Positions 12,290 to 25,154 of a stretch of 64,000 nt of DNA are shown one piece after another. The DNA is taken from NCBI GenBank assembly GCA_964016885.1, contig OZ024744.1, forward strand, positions 22,568,001-22,632,000, read 5' to 3'. The stretch is from Eledone cirrhosa. Its lineage: Eukaryota. Every line of letters begins with the position of its first letter. Position 1 is the first letter of the stretch. Both the position numbers and the translations under genes were made by a program. The notes under the pieces were generated by a model, which was not told the origin of the DNA, searched no databases, and saw only the letters and a list, made by a program, of their open reading frames with translations.

Positions 12290-12891
12290 TGCTACCGGTA
12301 ACATGGATCCCAGTACAACCTGTCTCGTGGTCGGGTCGTTGGCGACTAAACTGGCAACCCCACAAAGGTTTCTTGGTGAGGAGGGTGACTTTGAACATCC
12401 CGCAGGACTAAAAACAAAACCAGTCAAAGGGCAAAGGAGCTCTTAAGCGTCAATGGCCATCCAAAATCACCGGGAGAGATGACCCCTTAGCCTTTGTCAA
12501 GGCAGAATTCTAGGAGAAGGAAAACTCTGATATAACACCTGCAACCCTGACGGTATCCAATGATGTTGACTTGTTCTTCTTTTTGGTAAATATCATCTTG
12601 GTTAAGAGAGTGGGACTGGCTTTGTGCAGTGCCTTTGCTCACTATAAAAGCTTCACGGCACAGGCATTGCTTTATATCTGGAGATCTTTCTGCACTTGTC
12701 GTCACATGGTACCATGGGCCCAGCACAATGTGTCAATAATTGTCACAAGTGTAGTTTTTGTACCAGAGTTTTCAAGTCGCTGGCTGGACTAAAAAGTCAC
12801 ACTCGTTCAGTGCATCGGTAGGGGTTCTCCTACATGGATATAAAGTAGTGGCCGTACTCGAAAACGAGTTGGCAGCCACCATGTATGTATG
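12290..12891 (+). mobile_element. RTE-derived bipartite non-autonomous element (RTE-like 5' UTR plus 3' UTR, no ORF)
   Basis: Contains ctaggagaaggaaaactctga, a motif recognised from RTE 5' UTRs; 3' stem-loop actcg-aaaa-cgagt and (ATGT)n tail; 12474-12891 is near-identical to 51184-51600. Confidence 0.7.
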
Positions 12892-13553
12892 GTTTTATAA
12901 TTTCACAAATTTTTACCAATAGAGAGAGAGTCGGTTTCTAACATAGACACAAGACTCTCTCATTTGAATTTACACAACATCGACTAGGTAGATTATGTCT
13001 GCATGTCTGCACGTCTGCATGTGTAGATATGGATGTTATTGTATGTGGGGATGTGTATATTTTGAGTTGTATGTGTGCATGAGTATATGCTTTGTATCTG
13101 TACATGTGTATATGCAGTTATTAGATGCAAAATCTTTGGAACGTTTTACATATTTTTAATGTTCCATTAATGGATTGTACATGTAATTTCCTAACTAGTT
13201 GTGTTCTTTCTGTTCCTGTGAAGCCTAGCTTCTCAAGATTTGTATTGAGGCAGTTACTAACATACCCCAGTGCCCCAATAATCACAGGCATAAATCTGAA
13301 GGTGTAATCAGGGTGGAGTATCTGCAGATTTCTCATCAGTTCTGCATAAATATTCTCCTTTTCGCTAATCTTTGATATTATATTGGCATCTGCTAGGCAG
13401 CTAATTTCCACTACTGTGCATGCTTTCTTCTCCCTGTCCCATACCATAATATCAGGTTTATTATGCCTGCATTTTATTGGGGTTTTTACTGGAACATTCC
13501 ACCTGTACTCTTTCATATTACGTACATGGTTGTCTTCCATATTGATGTAGCTT
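12892..13553 (-). mobile_element. R4/Dong-clade RLE non-LTR retrotransposon, 5'-truncated copy (RLE domain plus 3' UTR)
   Basis: ORF 13121-13540 HNKPDIMVWDREKKACTVVEISC...EKENIYAEL is a PD-(D/E)xK restriction-like endonuclease; 3' end ttgtgaaattataaaacc abuts (TACA)n. Confidence 0.9.
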
Positions 13554-13591
13554 TGTATGTAATATGTATGTATGTAAGTATGTATGTATGT

Positions 13592-16545
13592 TTTTCTGGT
13601 TTTATAATTTCACAAATGTTTGCCGATATAGAGAGAGTCGGTTTCTAACATAGACACAAGACTCTCTCATTGGAATTTACACAACATCGACTAGGTAGAT
13701 ATGTATGTATGTCTGCATGCATGCACGTGTAGATATGGATATTATTGTATGTGTGGATGTGGATGTTTTGAGTTGTATGTGTGCATGTGTATATGCTTAG
13801 TATCTGTACATGTGTATATGCAGTTATTACATACAGAATTTCTTAAATATTTTACATATTTTTGCTGTTCCATTAATGGATTGTAGGTGTAATTTCCTAA
13901 CTAGTTGTGTTCTTTCTGTTCCTGTAAAGCCCAGCTTCTCAAGATTTGTATTGAGGCAGTTACTAACATACCCCAGTGCCCCAATAATGACAGGCATAAA
14001 TCTGAGTGTATAATCAGGGTGGAGTATTACAGATTTCTCATCAGTTCTGCATAAATATTCTCCTTTTCGCTAATCTTTGATATTATATTGGCATCTGCTG
14101 GGCAGCTAACCTCCACTACTGTGCATGCCTTCTTTTCCCTGTCCCACATCATAATATCTGGTCTGTTATGCCTGCATTTTATCGGGGTTTTACTGGAACA
14201 TTCCACCAGTACTCTTTCATATTATGTATATGGAAGTCTTCCACATTGCTGTAGCTTTTAATGTGTTTATTATCGGGGCTATCTTTCTACGGATTGCATT
14301 GTACAGTGTTTTGGCCACTACATCATGCCTCATAGATAGTTAGTACCGCGATGACATCTTTGGACAGCTGCTTATGACATGGGTGACATCTTCGATGTTA
14401 ATTCTGCAGAGTGTTGCACTTGTTATCACATCTAGGTGTTTTACCTGCATCCCTATCTCTTTTGTGACTCAGGTATTTCGTATTGATTTCCTGTTCTTGG
14501 ATTGCAAAAGCGTATCCTTCAAAGTGGGAGCCAATATAGCGGTTGTTGGTCCAAGATAGACTACTTTCCTTATCTATATTACTCTCACTCTGGAGCTTCC
14601 TGGCAACATTTCCATTTTTTTGCTTGATAAGCATGCAGTTTTTCATCCATGGATTCACTGCGATACTGCTGAGCGACATCCCTGGGTGTGAGATTTTGAT
14701 TGTCACACAGGGAATACCTCTCTGGGAGTTCCTTCCCAACTCTCATGATCTTATCTGTTTCATGCAGATAGACTTGCTCGAGAAACGGGCTCCTACGCTT
14801 TGAGTTTCGTAGATGATGTCGGAGAGATATAATGCGACATTCAAATGTTGTCTGGACTGATGTTAGGCCTCTGCCTCCCTGCTTACGTTTCAAGTAAAGG
14901 CGGTCTATGTCACTGTTGATGTGGAAGTTTCCGGTGTTGTTTAGTATTTTTCGAGTTCCAACATCAACTGCTCGGATTTAGTCTATCGTCCAATTGAGTA
15001 TTCCAAACGTTGGTGTTAGGACAGGCACAGCAAACACATTGTGAGCCACTGTTTTGTTTTGCGGAGAGAGTTCCGATGACCAGATCTTTCTTAATCGGGT
15101 GTAGTATTCCCTGGTTACGCGTTCCTTATTACAGATACCATTATAGGATATGTTCTCATCTATCCCCAGGTATCTGTAGCAGTCCTCATCAGATATCGGT
15201 GAAACAGTTAAGTCATTGATACAAATGATGTTGCTAGATTGGGTTGTTTTTTCCCGCTCTATAGTCATATATGAGCATTTATCTTGGCCAAACTCCATTC
15301 TTATATCCTTTGAGAATGTTGTAACCAGGTAAAGATATTTCTTTCCATGTTCTTGGCATAGAGTTTCAGATGATCCACAAAGAAGTTATGGGTTAGGTTC
15401 GTATTTCTGTTCTCCTGTGAGCCAATGATGTACCCATCACATTTCTTGAGCAGAAAGGGCATGGGGTTTAATGACAGGATGAATAATATCACAGAGAGAC
15501 TGTCTCCCTGAAATATACCCCTGCGATATTTTATTCTTACAGTTCTCATTCTTTGTCTTTAACTTTAGGATAGTAGCCCAAGAAGAAGGCAGCCTCTCTA
15601 TGGCTCTGACAATAATGTCTGAGACTTTAGCAAGTTGGAGAGCCTCTATCATCCAAGAGTGGGGACAAGAATCGAAAGCTTTCCTGTAGTCCAGCCTGAC
15701 TGTATCCATATTCCTACTAAGTTGTTGCACCTCAGACATCGCAATTTCTTGATTAGGAGTTGTTCAGCACATCCCCAAACCCTTTTCTTTCCAGCTGCTT
15801 GTTCATCTGTGATGATGTTATTATTTTCACAGTGATCTTGGAGGAATGTTTCAGGCAAGCTGTATACATCTTATACATCAGGTTCTGGCATGCAATGGGT
15901 CAGTAGTTTTTTGCCAAGTGGGTGTCTTTGTTCTTGGGGACCAGTAATGTTTGTCACAATGTCATAATGTCATAAGAACTTGTTGGTAGACGTCAGTAAG
16001 ATACCTCCGATAGAATATTAGTTGTTTGTACCAGTAGCCGTCAATCATGTCTCTTCTTGGTGTTTTCTTATCTTGGAGTTTTCCTATCACAGTCTCAATG
16101 GTACCCTCACTTATTTCGTATGTTTTTGTTATAGTGTAGGAGCAATAGTTCTTTCGGATTTTTCTTAGCCACACTGCATCTTGGTTGAAATTCTTTTTTC
16201 ATCCCATAGTTTGCTCCAAAAGGAATCTATGTTTTTCTGGGATGGGGCCTCAGTGACACTTATTACTTTACCATTCATATCTCTATAGACTGATGTTTGG
16301 TTTCGTCTGAATCTTTTATTAAGCACTTTTCTTTCATCTACCTTCTTCAGGTATCGGTGTTTTTCGCTAACAGCTCTCAATTCTTGTTTGAGGGTGATCA
16401 GCTTATATTGAAGATTTCTGGTTCTACTGTTACCAAACATCGTCTCTATTTTATTTTTCACTCTTTGTTGGTGAGGAGTGAGGTTTTTTGTGTTTGTTTG
16501 CATGTAAGGAGCATTGCCACATATCCTATGATTTTTCGTAGGTCA
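13592..16545 (-). pseudogene. R4/Dong-clade LINE, RT + CCHC + RLE, many frameshifts
   Basis: LDYRKAFDSCPHSW, GIFQGDSLS, FFVDHLKLYA, MEFGQDKC, YRYLG, KQGGRGL, FAIQEQEINTKY and an RLE region matching the copy at 13121. Confidence 0.92.
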
Positions 16546-16615
16546 ACCCTGCACAATAGCTGACTAACCTAAATTTCGCCGATGATCTTGCCCTGAATTC
16601 TTAATCTATATTCTT
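16546..16615 (+). mobile_element. Short fragment of an unrelated LINE RT (LTNLNFADDLAL)
   Basis: ctgactaacctaaatttcgccgatgatcttgccctg encodes an FADD catalytic motif; very short, so a chance match is possible. Confidence 0.5.
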
Positions 16616-17060
16616 ATTACACATTCAGATTTCTGCCTGTGATTATTGGGGCACTGGGATATGTTAGTAACTGCCTCAATACAAACCTTGAGAAGCTAGG
16701 CTTCACAGGAACAGAAAGAACACAACTAGTTAGGAAACTACAAGTACAATCCATTAATGGAAGCGTAAAAATATGTAAAGCATTCCAAAAATGTTGCATC
16801 TAATAACTGCATATACACATGTGCAGATACAAAGCATATACACATGCACACATACAACTCAAAACATACACATACACACATACAATAACATCCATATCTA
16901 CACACACATGCATGCAGGCATACATACATAATCTAACTAGTTGATGTTGTGTAAATTCCAACGAGAGAGTCTTGTGTCTATGTTAGAAACCGACTCTCTC
17001 TCTATTGGTAAACATTTGTGAAATTATAAAACCAGAACATATATACATACATACATACAT
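16616..17060 (+). mobile_element. R4/Dong-clade 3' fragment in inverted orientation with (TACA)n tail
   Basis: Reverse-complement match to about 12892-13310; ends gtgaaattataaaaccagaacatatatacatacatacat. Confidence 0.9.
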
Positions 17061-18408
17061 TCTTCAGGTATCGGCGTTTTTCGCTAACAGCTCTCAATTC
17101 TTGTTTGAGGGTGATCAGCTTATATTGTAGAGTTCTGGTTCTACTGTTACCAAACATCGTCTCTATTTTATTTTTCACTCTTTGTTGGTGAGGAGTGAGG
17201 TTTTTTGTGTTTGTTTGCATGTAAGGAGTATTGTCACATATCCTATGTTTTTTCGTAGGTCAGCACTCTTTTTTTCTATTTTAGTTATATATGATGGTAT
17301 TTTGGGTGGTGTTCTGTTCTTGTTAATATCTCTGCTATCACCTAGATAATGCTTCACTGTCATTGCTAAGGCATATAAACAGGCGTTGATTTGCCAAAAT
17401 GTTGGGGTTTTTATCCGCCGTAAATATTCATCCCCTATTTCGTCAATAACACGTAATATTTCATTTTTTCTTTTTTTTTTATTAAATATTGTTGTTTTAA
17501 TACGTTCAGCAAGAGAGATATTTATACATGAGTTAATTTCTCTCTGGAAGATTTCGTTGAAGGACATTTTCAATAGTTTATACTTTTGATTATTATCCTT
17601 ATAGATAGTATTTTCCACAATAGTCGAGGTAGACTCGGATGGTACACCTGGTGTCAAATTTCTTCGATTATAATTATTATTTCTTCGATTATTATTATTA
17701 TCGATATGGTTTTCCCCAGCATTTGAGGTAGACTTAGATGGTACAGGTGGTGTCAAATTTCTTGTAGGCATAGTTGTTTCAAGACGCTGTTCGACCTGGC
17801 TGCTAGGAAGTCTAGTAGCATGGCGACCTGTAGCACGTGTTGTTGATTCCATGTTTGTTGTGGGGCGACTTACAATTAATAATATTTATCTTATTTTTAC
17901 GTTCAACAAACGTCGCTTGGAGGCGTAATTGTTTCGCTGTGAGAAGTGATTTAGCTCTGGATGTATTTCGTCCCAGTGTAGCTTCATTCTGTTCATATAG
18001 CCAATGGAGGGATTGCTTTTTGCCATTTTATAACAATTAAATAAATCATAATTAAGTTCGCAACTCCAAGAGAAATGCGATTTAATAATTTCGCTTTCTT
18101 CTGTAGCTATAACTGAATAAATTTTGTTTACCTTTCTCGTTTTTCTTCGGTACTCCACTGATGTTGTTGTTGTTGATGTTGTGTTCAGCCATGCTGTTTG
18201 TAGCAAATCCTTGTAAAATGAATTATGTATTTAGTCGGATATCTCTACGAATTCGAATAAAAGGTGTCTTCAGTAGATATAGTTAGAAGAATAGCCAGTT
18301 ATTCAACATGACTGGTAGTTATGGCATTACTCTCGGAAATAGTATTCATCTTAAATTTAATAAATAGTCTCCCATGCCAAAATATGCGACTGATCGCGTT
18401 GACTGACT
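17060..18408 (-). pseudogene. R4/Dong-clade LINE 5' part (N-terminal region and 5' UTR)
   Basis: ORFs 17886-18206 (WSCELNYDLFNCY..GYMNRMKLHWDEIHPEL) and 17175-17852; overlaps the downstream copy through a 203-bp duplicated segment; 5' end abuts an ATGT-type tract. Confidence 0.8.
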
Positions 18409-18431
18409 ATATATGTATGAATGTATGTATG

Positions 18432-18965
18432 TCGGGTCACTCTTGAGTGCTACTGGCAACATGTAACCCAGTACAACCTGTCGCATGGTCGGGTCATTGG
18501 TGACTAAACCGGCAACCCCACCAGGTTTACTTGGTGAGGTGGGTGATTTTGGATAGCCTGCATGAAAAAAACAAAATCTGACAAAGGGTGGAACATCTCA
18601 TAATAGTAAACCGCCATCCAAAAATGTGTAAATATGTATGTACATCTGTATATATGTATGAATATATGTGTATATATATGTATATATATATATATACATT
18701 CTTCTAGGAGAAGGGAACTCAGGAAACTTGGATAACTCTGACATAAAACCTGCGGCTCAGTAGTTACCGATGACGTTGATCTTTTCTTCTTTTCGGGTTA
18801 TAGCTACTGTCGCTCAGAGAGTGGGATTGGCTCAGTGCACAGTCTTTCCTCACTTTAGAAAATATCTTCATGCACAGGCATTGCACGATAGAATTAATTG
18901 ATAATTATTAATAATGGTATATCGTGTAATGGCCATACTCGATAACGAGGGGGTAGCCATCATGT
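18432..18965 (+). mobile_element. RTE-derived non-autonomous element with an internal TA-rich tract
   Basis: Same 5' block (aacccagtacaacctgtc..ggtcgggtc), taggagaagg block and 3' ctcgataacgag stem-loop as the other copies. Confidence 0.7.
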
Positions 18966-19895
<930 letters not shown>

Positions 19896-20056
19896 ACGCA
19901 CACATGAATAAAGGTAGAATTCTAAGAGGTCGGGTAGATTCTCGGATTATGTACGAAACAAAATGAAAAATTAATAACAATGTAACTCATATATAGATAA
20001 GAGATGAACTTATTCATGGTAATACTTTTGTTGGGGAGAGAGAAAAAAGCGAGGCT

Positions 20057-20059
<3 letters not shown>

Positions 20060-20109
<50 letters not shown>

Positions 20110-20244
20110 TTATTTCATATTTTTTTTCATTGTTATATTGTTTTTGTTATTGTCTATTTCCACTCAATTTCATTGTAAACCCCCACTGTTCGTCTTTGTA
20201 TTGTCCCCTATATGTCGGTCCTTGTGGCCAATAAATGAATTCAA

Positions 20245-20338
<94 letters not shown>

Positions 20339-20350
20339 ATTATTATTATT
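20060..20350 (+). repeat. (ATT)n microsatellite interrupted at about 20110-20245 by a Tx1-like 3'-UTR stub
   Basis: tgtaaacccc..tttgtattgtcccct..gtggccaataaa resembles the 3' ends at 58653-58710 and 60425-60485. Confidence 0.6.
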
Positions 20351-20675
20351 CATTGAATAATTCTGCCACTGTTTAATGGCTGGGAGTACTAGCGTCTGTA
20401 TAGGTAGGTAATATGAAATTTGACTTTTAGTTTGTTTGTTCTACCACCTTATATAGTGGATAATCTAATGTTTGTTTTCACCGTTTTTCAATTCTTGCCT
20501 TTCTTATCACCAAGTATGTAATGAGAATATGGAGAGATAACAGACGAAAGTCCTTGGAAAAGATTTTAAAATATAATAATTTTCTTTAAAATCATATCAA
20601 TGAGGAATATAATATGATAAATAAATACTGTCGTTAAATACTGGACCTCAAACGACTGGTCAGTTAATGTCACCC

Positions 20676-20718
<43 letters not shown>

Positions 20719-20719
20719 G

Positions 20720-20760
<41 letters not shown>

Positions 20761-20857
20761 CATACAGGCACACACACATACACAAGGCTTGTTATTTCAT
20801 AGCGAAACACATCTGAAATAGAAAAGAAAGAGAAAAAGAAAAAAACATATATGAATG

Positions 20858-20882
20858 AGAGAAAGAAAGAATGGAAGAATGA

Positions 20883-20942
<60 letters not shown>

Positions 20943-21001
20943 AGGAAAGAAATAAAGAAAGAGAGCGAGAAAGAATGAATGAAAGAAGGAAAGAAAGAAA
21001 G
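20858..21001. repeat. (GAAA)n microsatellite
   Basis: Read directly. Confidence 0.95.
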
Positions 21002-21900
21002 AACAATATTATAGAGAGACGACTAAACAATAGTTTCATGTGCCGTGGTTAAACATCTGAGAAATATTCCTGATAATAATATAATTCATATTCTATAGTC
21101 TGTATATATATATTACTTATCTTATCTGTTAGAAGAAGAAAGTATTCATGCATTAATGTGAGGTTGTATTTTTACTATCAATACTCTGATGGCCTTTCCT
21201 GTGAGAAGAAGCAGCATTTGAGTATTGTGAAGCGAACCATTCCATTGAATCAATATAGTACTGCAACAAAGTGATATAAAAGACTATAAAATAACCTCAC
21301 TTTTCTATTTGGCGATAAATAGTTGATGACGAATTTCTGGCTATAATCACTCTAAATATTCTTTCTTCTATTCGGACATAACTTTTCCTTTCCCAATCAA
21401 GAAAGGCATACACAAAGATATTTCCCTACCCACACAACATAGTTAAGAATGAAAATTATTAAATAATCTCGCACATCTAAGATTAGACTGATAATTTTAA
21501 TCGACTGGCCTGAATCAGCTTAGTAAAACCTACATTAAATGGTGTTTAGCTTCGCTCTCTTTTACGCCTATATTCCTGGCTGAATATCTACACCAAACCA
21601 TGTCTCAGTACTTTTAATGGTATCAGTGCAGTTTATAGTAGTAGCGAAGCCAAAACTTTCTGTTAAGATATTTCACTCTTTCGTGAATATATAAAGCTGA
21701 ACTTCAATGCAGTTCTTACGCTAATACAGAAGAGAGACGTATAATCTATCTAGCCATCTATCCAATCTCTGGCTACTCTATTCATATACTACACATCTAT
21801 CAATTCTACCATACATATATTCTTTTATATATTCCTCCATCCATCCATCTATTAATCTATCTGCAATTTTATGTACACATTCAGCTGCATATTTCTTCAT

Positions 21901-22430
21901 CCAGCCAAGAATGTATCCAGCCACCAAGCCAGTAAACCAGCCTGTCAACTGGCCAGCCAACATGTTATCCAGCCACCAAGCCAGACAACCAGCCGGTCAA
22001 CTGGCCAGTCAAGATGTTACCCAGACAGTAAGCCAACAAACCAGCCGGTCAACTGGCCAGCCAACATGTTACCCAGATACCAGCCAGCCAACCAGCCGGT
22101 CAACTACCCAGCCAACATGTTACCCAGCCACCAAGCCAGCCAACCAGCCGGTCAACTGGCCAGCCAACATGTTACCCAGCCACCAAGCCAGCCAACCAGC
22201 CGGTCAACTGACCAGCCAACATTGTGTCCAGCCAACAAGCCAGCCAACCAGCCGGTCAAATAGCCAGCCAACATGTTATCCAGCCAACCAGCCGGTCAAC
22301 TGGCCAGCCAACTGGCCAGCCAACATGTTATCCAGCCACCAAGCCAGTCAACCAGCCAGTCAACTGGCCAGCCAACATGTTATCCAGCCACCAAGCCAGC
22401 CAACCATAAGGTCAACTGGCCAGCCAACAA
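21901..22430. repeat. 52-bp minisatellite (ccagccaccaagccagccaaccagccggtcaactggccagccaacatgttac)
   Basis: (c/g)atgtt recurs at 21961, 22013, 22065 and 22117. Confidence 0.92.
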
Positions 22431-23610
22431 TATAGCTAGTCAACTAGCCAACCAACAATATAGCTAGTCAACTAGACAACTAGCCAACCAACAATGTAGC
22501 TACTAAATTAGTCAACTAGCCGACCAACAATATATATAGTCAACTAGTCAACTAACCAACCAACAATATAGCTAGTCAACTAACTAGTCAAGTAGACAAC
22601 CAACAAATTAGCTAGTCAACTAGTCAACCAGCCAACCAACAATATAGCTAGTCAACCAGTCAACTAGCCAGCCAACAATATAGCTAGTCAACTAACTAGT
22701 CAACTAGCCAACCAACAATACATCTAGCCAACTAGTCAACTAGTCAACCAACAATACAGCTAGCCAGCCAGTCAACTAGCCAACCAACAATATAGCTAGT
22801 CAACTAACTAGTCAACTAGCCAACCAAAAATATATCTAGCCAACTAGTCAACTAGCCAATCAAAAATATAGCTAGTCAACTAGTCAACTAGCCAACCAAC
22901 AATATAGCTAGTCAACTCATAAACTAGCCAACCAACAACAGAGCTAGTCAACTAGTCAATTGGCCAACCAACAATATAGCTAGTCAACTAGCTAACCAAC
23001 AATATAGCTAGTCAACTAGTCAACCAATAATATAGCTAGTCAACAAGCCAACCAACAATATAGCTAGTCAACTAGTCAACTAGTCAACCAACAATATAGC
23101 TAGTCAACAAGCCAACCAACAATATAGCTAGTCAACTATCCACTCAACTAGCTAGGCAACAACACAACTAGTCAACTAGCCAACCAACCAACAATATAGC
23201 TAGTCAACTAGTCAACCAACAATATATCTAGTCAACTAGTTAGCCAACAATACAACTAGTCAACTAGTCAACCAACAATATAGCTAGTCAACAAGCCAAC
23301 CAACAATATAGCTAGTCAACTATCTAGTCAACTATCCACTCAACTAGCTAGCCAGCAATACAACTAGTCAACTAGCCAACCAACAATATAGCTAGTCAAC
23401 TAGATAGTCAACTGGTTAGCCAACAATACAACTAGTCACCTAGCCAGCCAACAATGTAGCTAGTCAACTAGTTAGCCAACAATACAATTACTCAACTAGC
23501 CAACCAACAATATAGCTAGTCAACTAGCCAGTAAACTAGTTAGCCAACAATACAACTAGTCACCTAGCCAACGAACAATATAGCTAGTCAACTAGCCAGT
23601 TAACTAGATA
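22425..23610. repeat. Variable 28-48 bp minisatellite (caaccaacaatatagctagtcaactag...)
   Basis: Read directly; unit length varies by 4-bp and 8-bp sub-repeats (tcaactag). Confidence 0.92.
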
Positions 23611-23884
23611 TTCAGACACCGAACAAGCCAACACGATATACATACACGCTCACACGCCTACACAATGAGACAGACACATATACACAAACATACACTATAC
23701 AAGGTACTTACACAGCTGCATATATCCCATACACATACTTAAAAACACAGGTACACACACATACCCAGACACACAGACACACGCACTGACATGGACAAAC
23801 ACGCATGTACATACACACACACAAATGCATGTATACACATATACTCACATGCACTGAGACACTCAGAGATACACAGACGCAAGT

Positions 23885-23992
23885 ACAAGACTGGTATTTA
23901 TTTTATCTACCAAGAATGGATGAACACAGAGAGCAGAGAGCCGAAACGTATACCGCAAAGCAGTCTATCCGACGTTGTAACCACTCTGCCAA
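23885..23992 (-). mobile_element. Degenerate tRNA-SINE fragment related to the copy at 9608
   Basis: actggtatttattttatctac..ggatgaa and accactctgccaa resemble blocks of the 9608-9785 SINE. Confidence 0.6.
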
Positions 23993-24135
23993 AGAATGAT
24001 CGCCAATACAAGCGGCCGAAATGGAGTTCCTCTGAAGGGTCTTTGGAGTAACGTTACTCTATAAAGTGTGTAGCTCTGAGATCACTCTGTAAATTGGGCT
24101 ACTCAGCCGTTAATATGCATAAGGTAAATATATAC

Positions 24136-24222
24136 GTTCAACAATCTGGCAGGAAGGTATACGTTGCTGACGATAGCTAATAAGCTTGAAACTAGTACAG
24201 CGTTTCTTTGTCAGTGTTGAAC
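24136..24222 (+). ncRNA. Type I minimal hammerhead ribozyme, copy 1
   Basis: Stem I acgttg/cagcgt, extended by ctggca/tgtcag and gttcaaca/tgttgaac; core CTGACGA 24167-24173; stem II agct-aata-agct; GAAA 24188-24191; palindromic ACTAGT stem III; GUA triplet with predicted cleavage after 24197. Confidence 0.9.
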
Positions 24223-24556
24223 AAACGAGTTCCATGGTTGCTGGACACTACGGCTTAATACGGGATGTTTGTTTACAAACACACCGAGCATTATAATAAA
24301 TGTTCGGTGAATCCATACGTACATATATATATGTGTGCATGTATGTATATATATATATACATACTACTGTACGTCGGTATGCATATATGTGTGTACGTGT
24401 ACATACTTATATTTAAGTAACAGCCGTACTGAGAGTGGTAAATGAAATTTCGTTTCATTTTTTCTGTATATCGTTTTCGGTGCACCCGGCCGATTAACCC
24501 ACTCGATATGCAAATTGGGCTACTCAGCCGTTAATATGCATAAGGTAAATATATAC

Positions 24557-24643
24557 GTTCAACAATCTGGCAGGAAGGTATACGTTGCTGACGATAGCTA
24601 ATAAGCTTGAAACTAGTACTGCGTTCCTTTGTCAGTGTTGAAC
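24557..24643 (+). ncRNA. Type I minimal hammerhead ribozyme, copy 2
   Basis: Identical core (CTGACGA 24588-24594, GAAA 24609-24612, GTA 24616-24618); one U-U mismatch in proximal stem I. Confidence 0.85.
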
Positions 24644-24827
24644 AAACGAACAACGATGGTTGCTGGACACTACGGCTTAATACGGGATGTTTGTTTACAA
24701 ACACACCAAGCATTATAATAAATGTTCGGTGAATCCATACGTACATATATATATATGTGTGCGTGTATGTATATATATATACATACTACTGTACGTCTGT
24801 ATACATATATGTATGTACGTGTACATA

Positions 24828-24876
<49 letters not shown>

Positions 24877-25154
24877 TAAATCATGTCCTTAGAATTATTA
24901 GATAAAATATATACTATTTCCTCTTCTAATTAACATAATCAACCATATAAAAAATCAATTAGACCAAGCTATAAGAAGAAAGGCTCTTATGAAGAAACCT
25001 CCGACAAATAACTGAAAGTGGCCTCTTCGCGGTGGCCCCAATAGATTATTTATCCGACATTTCGACAGCATGTAGAAACTGACTAAATATATCATCAACC
25101 ATACACAATTAAGTGTAAAATTAAACTTAGAAGAAATGTGTACATACCGTAATT

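Larger units (their letters stand above)
24091..24830 (+). mobile_element. 421-bp tandem repeat (about 1.75 units), each unit with a hammerhead ribozyme: non-LTR retrozyme-like or PLE pseudo-LTR
   Basis: aaattgggctactcagccg at 24091 and 24512; units near-identical; no credible ORF; hammerhead cores 421 bp apart. Confidence 0.85.

Noticed and set aside
13333-13339. CTGATGA on the minus strand in R4 copies (also about 14038 and 28171)
   Set aside because: Part of the coding sequence ELMR; no hammerhead stems.
18238-18282. Minus-strand CTGAAGA...CGAATTCGTA in the R4 5' UTR as a hammerhead
   Set aside because: Flanks pair (atatct/agatat) but stem II cannot form and GAAA is absent; no HDV-like fold could be fitted by eye either.
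21871-22467. Pro/Gln/Ser-rich ORFs
   Set aside because: Translations of the 52-bp minisatellite; the unit is not a multiple of three.
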